Below are positions 11,321-20,575 of a DNA stretch of 64,000 bases, one piece after another. Origin of the DNA: an uncultured delta proteobacterium (GTDB lineage Bacteria; Desulfobacterota; Binatia; UBA9968); the NCBI GenBank assembly GCA_963840855.1, contig CAWJBB010000010.1:32348-96347 (forward strand), written 5' to 3'. A program made the translations under genes and the position numbers. The notes below the pieces were generated by a model. It did not search any database and had not been told where the DNA came from. It saw only the letters and a program-made list of their open reading frames with translations. Positions within the stretch are counted from its first letter, which is position 1; every line of letters begins with the position of its first letter.

Positions 11321-12118
11321 ATGGCTGGATTAGGAAGGCAGGATTTTTCGGGAAAAAAGCTTTCGCCGGCGGAGGCGGACGCGGTCATCGCCGATCTGAA
11401 ATCGTATCTCATGGACATCGCCGACCGTTGGCTTCTCAAGGGCCGTTTTCATAGCGACATGGGCAATGGCACGCTGCCGATGGAAGCGATCAAAGTTTTC
11501 TGGCAAAACTGGCATGGCTTCGTCGCTGAGATCAATAATTTCCATGGTGTTGCCTACCAGCGCCACCTGCCCTTTTTCAAACGCCATCCGGATTTGCAAA
11601 AACACTTCGCGGCCCATGTAGCCGATGAGATGATTCACCCCACGCCGCCGGGGCATATCCAGATCGTGCTCGAACAGGGCCGCAACTTCGGACTCACCGA
11701 CAAGGAGATGATCGAGTATGAGATGCTCGCCGAGTGCCGCGCCTTTCTGGAATATTACCGCGGCGTGCTTTACGAAGGCACGATGGTCGAGTGGTGGGCG
11801 TCGTTCTGCGTGGAGGAAGCCGTCGGCCACTGGGCGCGGTTTTTCGGCGGCGCGCTCAGAAAAAATTACCAGCTGCCGGAAGATAAGATCGTTTACTTCC
11901 GCGTCCATGCCAAAGCGGATCTCGAAGAACATGACGGCGTGATGGCCCACGCGGATTTAGACTGGACGGTGCTGAAGAAAATGCTCGAAGAAGGAAAAGC
12001 GGAAACCCGTCCGGGTTTCAACCTGGAGTATTGCCTGCGCATGGGCACCGCCTACTTCGCATGGTTTTTCGAGGGCGTTTACCAGTTCATCAAAAAGGAA
12101 GGACTTTACCGGGCGTAG
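11321..12118 (+). CDS. TenA/PqqC/CADD-like heme-oxygenase-fold (diiron) protein
   Basis: ADE-x(7)-GH, VEE, YFRVHAKADLEEH pattern matches the E/H/E/H/D/H ligand arrangement of CADD-type proteins. Confidence 0.75.
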   Translation: MAGLGRQDFSGKKLSPAEADAVIADLKSYLMDIADRWLLKGRFHSDMGNGTLPMEAIKVFWQNWHGFVAEINNFHGVAYQRHLPFFKRHPDLQKHFAAHVADEMIHPTPPGHIQIVLEQGRNFGLTDKEMIEYEMLAECRAFLEYYRGVLYEGTMVEWWASFCVEEAVGHWARFFGGALRKNYQLPEDKIVYFRVHAKADLEEHDGVMAHADLDWTVLKKMLEEGKAETRPGFNLEYCLRMGTAYFAWFFEGVYQFIKKEGLYRA

Positions 12119-12120
12119 TC

Positions 12121-13153
12121 ATGACTCAGGAATCCAGCGCCCAACAGGAATTGTCACCCCGTTCGCTGATGCGCATTCTCGGCGACTTTGCCAACAGCCA
12201 GATCCTTGACGCTGCAATCGAGTACGATTTCTTCACCATCATCGACAAAGGGTTTCAGACTTCAGAAGAAATCGCCCGCGAAGCCGGCACAGATCGGCGT
12301 GCCACACGGATCGTGCTCGACAGCCTGCCGGCATTGTCTCTGGTCGAAAAACGCGGCGGCAAGTATTTACTTACACCGACGGCGAAAACGTTTCTGGTGC
12401 GCGGCAAGCCGTCTTACGTCGGCGATTTTCGCCATGTCGCGCTGGCGCTCTGGGACGGCATGGCGCATCTTAAGGAGTCTCTTAAAACCGGCAGGCCGCT
12501 CAGCCGTATGGATACCGTCGGGGAGTTGCAAGTATGGGAAAAGCTCGTGCTCGGCATTATCGTCGTCGCCGAGCCGGCAGCGAAGGCGCTATGCGATTTG
12601 CTGAAAATCGGCACGGAGCGGACCGGCATCAAGGTTCTCGACATCGCCGGCGGTTCGAGCATCTTCGGTATGACCATTCTGGCACGGGACGCATCGGCAC
12701 AGGTGACGCAACTCGATTGGCCCAATGTCAATGCCGTGGCGAAGAAACTAAACAAAGAGCGCGGCCTTGAAGGCAAGATTCGCTTCATCGACGGCGAGCA
12801 CCAAACGGCGTCCATCGAAACCAATCAATACGATCTGGTGTTTGGCCAGCAATTTTTGCCGCTTCGAATCGCCCAAGGGCAACCAGGAATTATTCGCCAA
12901 GGCTTTCAGCGCCCTAAAGCGGGGTGGAATCTTCGCCGTCAATGACTTCGTCCCTAACGAAGAACGCACCGAGCCGACTTTCGCATTACGCTTTTCCGTT
13001 TACACACTGACGCACACGCCGGAGGGCGAGTGCTGGACACTGTCGCAATATTCTGACTGGCTGAATAACGCCGGCTTCAAGGCTATCGAAACCCACGGCG
13101 ATATCCCCAAGACTCTGCCCGGGACGACGCTGATTCTCGCGACGAAGATTTAA
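12121..13153 (+). CDS. SAM-dependent O-methyltransferase with N-terminal dimerisation domain (Methyltransf_2); frameshift near 12840
   Basis: Winged-helix-like N-terminus (AAIEYDFF..EEIAREAG); VLDIAGGSSIFG SAM motif; DWPNV; C-terminus in ORF 12767-13153. Confidence 0.88.
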
Positions 13154-13240
13154 GAGCCGATTTAACCGCAAAGTACATAGAAGGGCGCAAAGAAAGACCG
13201 CGCGCCGCACATGTTTTCCGGGATGGCCTCCGCGTTTCTC

Positions 13241-13642
13241 TTACGGGAATTGCACGATCGAAAGCGGAAAGTGTTTCGAAATTACTGTAAAATCAGAGTC
13301 CTTGTGAAGTAAATCGACATCGGCTTTGATGGCAAGCGTCGCTATCAGGCAATCCGTGGGGCTTTCGAGCGTAATTCCTTTCTTCCTTAGTGCCCGGTAC
13401 ATGTCGGCTGCCGCGAGATAATCGGAAAATTCGGTCTCGATGCGAGGAAATAGCAAGAGGTATGCAGAGAGACTTCGATATTGCGCATCATCACGGACTC
13501 CCTGGAGAATTTCCTGGATGATGATTCCGGCGACATAAATATTTTCCCTCTGACTGAGACTCTCTTTCAAGAAAAGGTTTTCATGGGACGAAACGCCGCG
13601 CAGAAAATCGATCCATACCGAAGTGTCAATCAGCAGACGCAA
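13241..13642 (-). CDS. vapC: VapC PIN-domain toxin
   Basis: LIDTSVWID, QEILQG, DCLIA, LLHKDSDF motifs. Confidence 0.92.
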   Translation of the reverse strand: MRLLIDTSVWIDFLRGVSSHENLFLKESLSQRENIYVAGIIIQEILQGVRDDAQYRSLSAYLLLFPRIETEFSDYLAAADMYRALRKKGITLESPTDCLIATLAIKADVDLLHKDSDFTVISKHFPLSIVQFP

Positions 13643-13838
13643 ATCGGGCTTTCCTCATTTGCTTCAAGTTCCCTTCCCATTTGATCTTGCCTTCAAGCGT
13701 TAGAATGTCTTTCGCCTTCTCGCGGCGGATGAGTTCACTCAAAGCGAAGTGCACCAGTTCCTTCTTGGTTTTCTTCTTGAACAACCGCAGCCCTTCCTTT
13801 ACCAATTTTTCATCTAGCTCAATATTGGTTCTGTGCAT
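13626..13838 (-). CDS. vapB: VapB antitoxin (DUF2191-type)
   Basis: MHRTNIELDEKLV...TKKELVHFAL..WEGNL; overlaps the vapC start. Confidence 0.88.
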   Translation of the reverse strand: MHRTNIELDEKLVKEGLRLFKKKTKKELVHFALSELIRREKAKDILTLEGKIKWEGNLKQMRKARFASAD

Positions 13839-13966
13839 AAAAAACCTCCAAACCTATACACAAATATACAAGAATCCGGTGTATTCGCAATGCCGCACGA
13901 TGGGTTAAAGCTTCGCCGCCGATTTTTGTCTTCCGTGTGGGGCGCGGCAGCTCTATACGACCGGTG

Positions 13967-15050
13967 CTACCGGGTCTTTCTGATGAGCGTGTCGATGTAA
14001 AGCCTGTCGAATTTTTCTTCCGCCGCCGGGTCATAGGTTCCCGGAGAATCGACGACAAATTTCTTTTGCGCGCGGGCCTCCTTCATTCTTTGTCCCAGCG
14101 TCTTGTCTGCCAGCTCCACGTCTTCACGCACTGGAACATTATTTTCCTTCGCCAGCAGTGCCTGTCCCTCTTTTGAAATAATGAAATCGTAAAACAGCGT
14201 GGCGGCGTGAGGATGGGGCGATTGGCTCGGCACGGCGACGGAGGTTAGCGACAACAGGGTCGGGTCCAACATGGCATACTCCAGCGGAGCGCCCTGCCGC
14301 TGCATGTCGAGGATATTGTCGGCATTGATGTCGAGACTGCCGAGCACTTCGCCGGCCAGTATCAATTGCATGCGCGCGGTCCGCCCACGGTGAATTTTCA
14401 GATCTTGCTGGCCCAATTTTTGATGATATTCCTTCCCCTTGTCCCATCCCATGCGTTCCACCACTAGCGCCGTAAAACGCCCCGGATTCGTATCCACGGC
14501 GAGCTTCCCTTTCCAGAACGGGTCCAAGAGATCCGTAAAAACTTTGGGCACTTTGTCTTTCGGCACGCGTTGCGAGTGATAGGCGAAGATCGCCACGGAG
14601 ATACGAGTCGCGGTCCAAAAGCCTTCCTTGTCTCTGTATTCCTCCGGTATCGAGGCCCGCTCCTGCGAGAGATAGCGCGCCAGCATGTGATTTGTTTCCC
14701 TTGACCATGGGACCCAGAGTGGAATGACCCGCCCAATACACGTCGACGATTCTTTTTTGGCCCTTGAACTCCAGATGGGCGACGTCGAAAAGCTGGCTAC
14801 CGCCTTTTCTCATGTAGCGGGTGTTGACGAAAGGATATTTGCCGGCGAAGTGTTTGGTGACGGCGCGCACCTCTTCCAAGCCCGAAGAACTATAAAGCAT
14901 GAGTTCGCCTTCTTGCTTTGCCCCCGCCGCGAGCTTTTTTTGCCGTTCCGCCGGAGACAGTTTGTTAAGCTCGGCGAAAAACTGCTCCATGTTCGCCCGG
15001 CCCGGGCTGGGTGTCAGTAGTAGAATGAAGAGCAGCGTGAGAAAGCGCAT
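13967..15050 (-). CDS. Fe3+/thiamine-type ABC extracellular solute-binding protein; frameshift near 14695
   Basis: Signal peptide; GAKQEGELMLYSS; DLLDPFWKGK; SPHPHAATLFYDFIIS. Confidence 0.85.
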
Positions 15051-15235
15051 GAGACCTCCAGTAAGGGGTTCAAGATTCAAAGTAAGACTTCCGGAGTGTG
15101 AAAATATGGTCTTGCCCAAACCTAAGGAAAACCGCCTCATCCGTCAACAGGGGGCAAACAGGCGTTCAAAACGTTCAAGTTGTTCAAGCCGTTCAAAACG
15201 TTTCGAACTCTTTGAACGATTTGTTCGGTTGCTGA

Positions 15236-16945
15236 CTACTGCCCCGCGGCGCCGAGACCGAAACGCAGGCTGATGCGGCGAAAGGCCAGCGTCAGGAGTG
15301 TTATCACGCTGATCGTCACACAGCCCAGGGCCGCTACCTCGGCGTAACGACCCGATTCAAACAGGTCGTAGATCAACAACGGCACCAGCTCCGATCCGGC
15401 ATGGCCCAAAAGGACTGGCAATGACAGCGCCTTGAACGTAATCGTCAGAGTCGAAACAAAGCTCACAAACAGGCCGGGAACGAGCAGCGGCAGAACCACG
15501 CGGCGAAAAGTCTTGAGAAAACCCGCGCCGCAAACTTCCGAGGCCTCCTCCAGTTCTTTGCGAATCTGCGTCATCACCGCACTGCAAATCCGAACCGAAG
15601 TCGGCAGGCGCTTGGTCAGGTAGGCGAGGATTAGAATCCACAGGGTGCCGTAAACGGGGATCGGCACGGTTAGATAGAACCATATCAAAGCCAAGCCTAG
15701 AACCATGCTGGGGTAAGCGGTGGCGGAGAACGCCAGGCCGTCGAGCAAACGACGCCCGGGAATCTCGGTGCGGATCACGATCCACGCAATGACCGCGGCG
15801 AAGAGCGTGACCAGGAACGCCGCCGATACGCCAACCAGCATATTGTTGAAGAATGCCGACAGGATCAAATCATCGTTCATCAGCCAGCGGTAGTTTTTGA
15901 ACGTCAGCAAGCTGACCAGGCTCCACGAGGGTTGCGCGTACCAGGGCAAGAGGGAGGTCCACGCCAGCACCGAGAGGGGCATATAGACGGTCAGCGTGAT
16001 CAATCCCAACGCACCCAGCGCGGCGGGAAGACGCCACTTGCCGAGCCGCGTAACGCTGGGCCGAAATCCCTTGCCCGTGATGACGGCGAAATTTTCCGAC
16101 ATGCGTGTGCTTTTGAAGTAGAGATACAGCCCACCCAGCGCGACTAGAAGATAAAACATGGAGACGGTTGCCGCCAAATTGAAATCCGTCGGCGGCCTGC
16201 GCACCATCAGGAGAATCTCCGTGGATAAAACATAGATCCCAGAGGGAATGCCCAGCAGGGCGGGAATCTCGAAATCCTCGATGCCGCGGATGAAGATCAG
16301 CAGGGAGACGCCGAGCGCAGCCGGCAGCATCAGGCGCAGGGTGATGGTGAAAAACGTTCTCAGATTTCCCGCGCCAGCGCTCACCGATGCTTCCTCTAGA
16401 GCCGGATCCATGGAGCGAAAAGCCGCCGCCATGAAGAGAAACGGAGTGTAAAAGTCATCGATCCCTGAAACGAAAATCATGCCCCACATGTTATAAGGAT
16501 TGAAAGGCGGCTCGGCGAGACCAAAAAGGCTCATGAGCCAAACGTTGATCAGTCCTGCCCTGGGCGCGAGCAGGAGTATCCAGGAGATCGTGAATAAGAC
16601 TCCCGGGATCATCATGGCGCCGAGCACCGAACCGTAAATCAACCCCTTGAGCGGTAGATCGGTGCGTTCGGTGAGCCACGCCATGAAGGTGCCAAGGGTA
16701 AACGAAACCATACCGGCACCAACCGAATAGGTGACGGCATTGCCAATGGCGCGATAGAGGGAGGGTTGGGAAAAGGCGCGGAAGTAATTTTCCAGCGTTA
16801 CCGGAGTCCAGGTGCCGGGCAGCCCCTTTTGAAAACTGCCCAAAACCATCACCCCCAGCGGAATTACGGTCAGGTAAATGACGATCAAGATGATCGAAGC
16901 GATAAAGAGCCGATCAGCTACAAAGAGCGCGCGAAGATTGCTCAT
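15236..16945 (-). CDS. Fe3+-type ABC transporter permease (FbpB-like, two TM domains)
   Basis: Two EAA motifs (DPALEEASVSAGA; ELEEASEVCGA); AWLTERTDLP. Confidence 0.9.
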   Translation of the reverse strand: MSNLRALFVADRLFIASIILIVIYLTVIPLGVMVLGSFQKGLPGTWTPVTLENYFRAFSQPSLYRAIGNAVTYSVGAGMVSFTLGTFMAWLTERTDLPLKGLIYGSVLGAMMIPGVLFTISWILLLAPRAGLINVWLMSLFGLAEPPFNPYNMWGMIFVSGIDDFYTPFLFMAAAFRSMDPALEEASVSAGAGNLRTFFTITLRLMLPAALGVSLLIFIRGIEDFEIPALLGIPSGIYVLSTEILLMVRRPPTDFNLAATVSMFYLLVALGGLYLYFKSTRMSENFAVITGKGFRPSVTRLGKWRLPAALGALGLITLTVYMPLSVLAWTSLLPWYAQPSWSLVSLLTFKNYRWLMNDDLILSAFFNNMLVGVSAAFLVTLFAAVIAWIVIRTEIPGRRLLDGLAFSATAYPSMVLGLALIWFYLTVPIPVYGTLWILILAYLTKRLPTSVRICSAVMTQIRKELEEASEVCGAGFLKTFRRVVLPLLVPGLFVSFVSTLTITFKALSLPVLLGHAGSELVPLLIYDLFESGRYAEVAALGCVTISVITLLTLAFRRISLRFGLGAAGQ

Positions 16946-16961
16946 GGCCAATGGGTCTACC

Positions 16962-17094
16962 GGTTCAAAGTTCAACGTTCAACGTGGCGCCTTCGGCGCG
17001 GTTCAAGGTTCCGGGTTCAAAGTTTAACGACCCATCCCCACCTTGAACCTTGAACCTTGAACGTTGAACGGGAGAAGCCATTGAACGTTGAACC
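16962..17094. repeat. GTTCAAN heptamer array followed by its inverted NTTGAAC array
   Basis: ggttcaaagttcaacgttcaacg...ttgaaccttgaaccttgaacgttgaacg; one of about 13 related loci in the window. Confidence 0.8.
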
Positions 17095-17124
17095 GCACAC
17101 GCGCAGCCGCAGTGTGGACGCCGA

Positions 17125-18354
17125 TCAAAGAATTTCGGGAAAATTGAAAAGTCGCTTGCCCAACCGTCGCGCGCCATCTTTGGTGATCACTACCGTGTCG
17201 CCGCAGCGGATGGAATCGGGCGCGTCGCCGGGCATGGCGCCGGGCTTGAGCACGAAGACATTGCCTTCCAGCAACGGCAGATCCAAGTGCTTGGTGTAGG
17301 TGGCGGAACTATAGATATCACCATCGACTTCGCCGGTGACCTGCGGCCGGTCCTCGCCGATGCCGCGGCCATGGAGCAGCATGCCCTTGGGTGTGTGGCC
17401 CGACTCGCGCACGAGTTTGCGGTACAGCGCCACGACCTCTCTAAATGACACGCCGGGCTTCATGAATTTCACCAGCGCATCAAACACTTCGACGCTGGCG
17501 GCGAAGGCGCGTTTTAACTCCGGCGCAATTTTTCCGAGAGCGGCTGCCTGCACAGTCTGCGCGATATAGCCGCCGTACTTGGCTTCCAGTTCCGTGTTGA
17601 TCATGTCGCCGCTTTGCAGCCGGCGATGCGGCGCGATGCGGCAGGCCCAGGGGACGCCGGCGCCCGCGCCCCAGTGGGTCATCGAAGGGTAGTCACCGCC
17701 GTTGGCGATGATCGTCTGCCAGATGGCCGCGACCATCTCGTTCTCCATGACTCCGGGTCTGGCTTTTGCCAGAATCGACTCGACGACCTTGTCAAGAATC
17801 TCCGCGGCTCGCTCCATCCAGGCGACCTCCTCCGGCCCTTTCACCGAGCGGGCGTCTTGAAGCAGCTCCGTGGCGTTCTCAAACTTTGCCTTGGGAAGCG
17901 CTTCCTTTATTTTTTCGAGGATGCCGGCGACCACGGTTCCTTCGGGCGCGCGTAACAAGCCGCTCAAGCCGGCAACGCCGATGCGCGCCGTATCCAGCTG
18001 CAATTCCTTCAGGCGCGCAATCACCGGCGGACTCCATGCCCGGCGCGACGTACGGATGTCCGTGACCCAATCCTGAGCGATGTTCCACCATTCCACTTCA
18101 TTGCCGCCGCGCACGAAGGCCGTGACGTCGCCGGACAACGGAAAGACAACCGCCACTTCCGTTTGGTGCCCGCCGATGTGCGTGAGGTAGCGAATGTCCG
18201 CTTGAAATTGATCCCAGTGGCTCTGATTGGGAAAACCGATGATCGCGTCGAATTCTGCTTCGCGCATACGCTGGCGCACACGGCCCCAACGCCGTTCGCG
18301 TTCCCCTTGGCTGAATTTCGGCAAACCAAAGCCTCTTTCGCCGCTGTTGATCAT
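17125..18354 (-). CDS. M24 family (Xaa-Pro aminopeptidase/creatinase-like) protein
   Basis: Creatinase-like N-terminus; RSVKGPEE; ELEAKYGGY; HGRGIGED; GDTVVITKDGARRLG. Confidence 0.85.
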   Translation of the reverse strand: MINSGERGFGLPKFSQGERERRWGRVRQRMREAEFDAIIGFPNQSHWDQFQADIRYLTHIGGHQTEVAVVFPLSGDVTAFVRGGNEVEWWNIAQDWVTDIRTSRRAWSPPVIARLKELQLDTARIGVAGLSGLLRAPEGTVVAGILEKIKEALPKAKFENATELLQDARSVKGPEEVAWMERAAEILDKVVESILAKARPGVMENEMVAAIWQTIIANGGDYPSMTHWGAGAGVPWACRIAPHRRLQSGDMINTELEAKYGGYIAQTVQAAALGKIAPELKRAFAASVEVFDALVKFMKPGVSFREVVALYRKLVRESGHTPKGMLLHGRGIGEDRPQVTGEVDGDIYSSATYTKHLDLPLLEGNVFVLKPGAMPGDAPDSIRCGDTVVITKDGARRLGKRLFNFPEIL

Positions 18355-18670
18355 TGTGCCACCGCCATCCTTCGAGAATGGCTAAGCTTATATGAGCTTC
18401 GCCGGGTCGCCGCAAGTTCGAAAGGGCTCCCGGTTCAAGTTCAAGGTTCAAAGTTCGAAGGGTTTAATGTTTGGCAGCAGCCGTTATGTGGTATCACATA
18501 AAGAACCGCGACACGTTGAACATTGAACGTCGAGTTCCTTTATCCGGTCGCGCAGGGCTGGAATATCCGCAACCCTGGTGCTAGACTCCGCCCGTGTTTA
18601 TCTGCGGCAAGATTGCAGCTTCGGCGACTTTCAGACTCCCGCGCTAGTTCCCTTCACTGGGGAAAAGGTT

Positions 18671-20059
18671 ATGCAATATCTCGCTATCTGCGACGACGAT
18701 CTCCTGTTTAACTTCCTGCGCAATGGCACCGCCGAACAGGCCGACCTGTTGTTCGTCGTCCAGGACAGCGCCGCGGCAAAGAAAATCAAACGTGCCGGGA
18801 GAAAAGCTCGCGATGGCGATCTCCTCAAAGAAGAAACGTACAAAAAACTCAAATTGCGCCATGTGGATCAAGCAATTGTTTTTCTCAGGGACGTCGAACG
18901 GCAAAAGGGCGTCTGTGAGTTATTGCGGGCCCTGGACAAAAACATTCCGATACTCGCCTTGACGACAGACAGCGCCGGGCACTCCAGCGATCCGCTGGTT
19001 CGTAGAATTCCTCTCCACGATATCTTCGAGGAGTTTTGCAGCACCGCGCTGCTCGACACGATTAATCGAAAAAAAGTCGAACGAATTCGCTCGCTCTTCC
19101 AGGATAAAGAAAAAATTCATATTCTACTGCAGCATGATCCCGACCCCGACGCCATCGGCAGCGCGCTGGCGCTTAGGGAACTGCTCGGTAGAAACCGAGC
19201 GACCACCCCAATCGTCACCTTCGGCGAGGTTACCCGGCCCGAGAACCTCGCGATGATTCACTATCTCGACGTGCAAATCGACCAGATTGAGCCCGATGAC
19301 CTGCACAAGAACGGCGCAGGCCTGGCTATGGTGGACGTGTCGCCGCCTTATTTCAGCCAACCGCTGGGGGAAATCGATCTGGTTGTGGACCATCATCCCA
19401 AACGAACAGCATTCAAGGCGCACTTCACCGATGTTCGAACCCCTTACGGCGCTACCTCCACGATTTTCACCGAGTACCTGCGCGCCATCGGCATGGAGCC
19501 TTCGCAAAGATTGGCCACCGCGCTTCTCTACGGGATCAAAGTCGATACGTTGTTCCTCGAACGCGGCAGCATCCTCGCCGATCTCAGCGCGTTTTCTTAC
19601 CTCTATCCGCTCGCCAATAAAGCCTTGATCGCGCGCATCGAGAGGCCGGCGTTGCCGCGCGAAGATCTGGAAGCCCTGGGTCGGGCGCTCAGCCGCTTGC
19701 AACTGGATAACGGGGTCGCCGTCATTCACATGGGCGAAGTCAGGCGCGAGGACGTTATTCCGCAGATGGCGGAATTTTGCCTGCAGATCGAAGGGGTCGA
19801 TTGGGGCATTGTGTCGGGGTTGGTCAAGGACCGCGTAGTCATTTCCGTGCGCAACGTCGGCCACGTGAAAAGCGCCGGCGACATTATGAAAAGACTCTAT
19901 GACGACATCGGCAGCGCCGGCGGCCATCGCATGATGGCCAAGGCAGTGGTGCCGCTGGAACGCTTCAGGAAAAAATTCGGCGAGGTGAGCGAGAAGTCCA
20001 TCCGCGACGCCATGCTGCCGCTGATCGTCGAACGCGATCAGCAGGCTCAAAATGAATGA
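18671..20059 (+). CDS. DHH/DHHA1 phosphoesterase with N-terminal RCK(TrkA_N)-like extension
   Basis: HDPDPDAIGSA, VDV, VVDHHP, GATST, GIKVDT, SAGGH motifs; about 140-aa N-terminal Rossmann-like region (ARDGDLLKEET). Confidence 0.88.
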   Translation: MQYLAICDDDLLFNFLRNGTAEQADLLFVVQDSAAAKKIKRAGRKARDGDLLKEETYKKLKLRHVDQAIVFLRDVERQKGVCELLRALDKNIPILALTTDSAGHSSDPLVRRIPLHDIFEEFCSTALLDTINRKKVERIRSLFQDKEKIHILLQHDPDPDAIGSALALRELLGRNRATTPIVTFGEVTRPENLAMIHYLDVQIDQIEPDDLHKNGAGLAMVDVSPPYFSQPLGEIDLVVDHHPKRTAFKAHFTDVRTPYGATSTIFTEYLRAIGMEPSQRLATALLYGIKVDTLFLERGSILADLSAFSYLYPLANKALIARIERPALPREDLEALGRALSRLQLDNGVAVIHMGEVRREDVIPQMAEFCLQIEGVDWGIVSGLVKDRVVISVRNVGHVKSAGDIMKRLYDDIGSAGGHRMMAKAVVPLERFRKKFGEVSEKSIRDAMLPLIVERDQQAQNE

Positions 20060-20480
20060 GGATCGCGGCACTTTTCGCGAATTCGAGCACACCGCCGACC
20101 TGGGTATCGAAAGCACCGCCGCTGATTTGCCGCGGCTGTTTGCCGCCGCGGGCGAAGGTCTCTTCTCGCTGATCGCTGACCCGGAAAATATCGACCCACG
20201 CGACCAGGTCACCGTCTCGGCGGTTGGCGCTGGCCCCGAAGAGCTGCTCCACGCATGGCTGCGGGAATTGTTGAGCCAATTCAACCTTGACGGGTTCGTC
20301 GGCAAGACCTGTGTTATCGAGCGCTTGACGGATGCGCGGGTCGACGGCATCGTGCACGGCGAGACTTTGGATCTGTCACGGCACCGCTTTCGCACCGAAA
20401 TCAAGGGCGTGACCTACCATGACTTCAAGGTCTGGCAAGAAAACGGCGCCTGGCATGCGCGGGTGATTTTTGATGTCTAA
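20052..20480 (+). CDS. Archease
   Basis: EHTADLGI N-terminus; EIKGVTYH; C-terminal VIFDV; overlaps the DHH stop (ATGAATGA). Confidence 0.95.
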   Translation: MNEDRGTFREFEHTADLGIESTAADLPRLFAAAGEGLFSLIADPENIDPRDQVTVSAVGAGPEELLHAWLRELLSQFNLDGFVGKTCVIERLTDARVDGIVHGETLDLSRHRFRTEIKGVTYHDFKVWQENGAWHARVIFDV

Positions 20481-20484
20481 AGAC

Positions 20485-20559
20485 GGTCCAGAGTCCAGGG
20501 TCTGGTGTCTGGGGTTGGAGGGATGGGAACCCAAGACCCTGGACTCCGGGCTCTGGACC
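20485..20559. repeat. Intergenic inverted repeat (TCCAGAG/TCCAGGG vs CCCTGGA/CTCTGGA units)
   Basis: ggtccagagtccagggtct ... agaccctggactccgggctctggacc between archease and rtcB. Confidence 0.7.
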
Positions 20560-20575
20560 AACGCTCCGACTGCGC

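Noticed and set aside
16962-17094. GTTCAA arrays as a CRISPR array
   Set aside because: Units are 7-9 bp with no unique spacers, the arrangement is inverted, and no cas genes are present.
19124-20404. Long antisense ORFs (426 aa here, and others such as 8965-9711 and 42711-43511)
   Set aside because: Shadow frames of GC-rich genes with no recognisable motifs.
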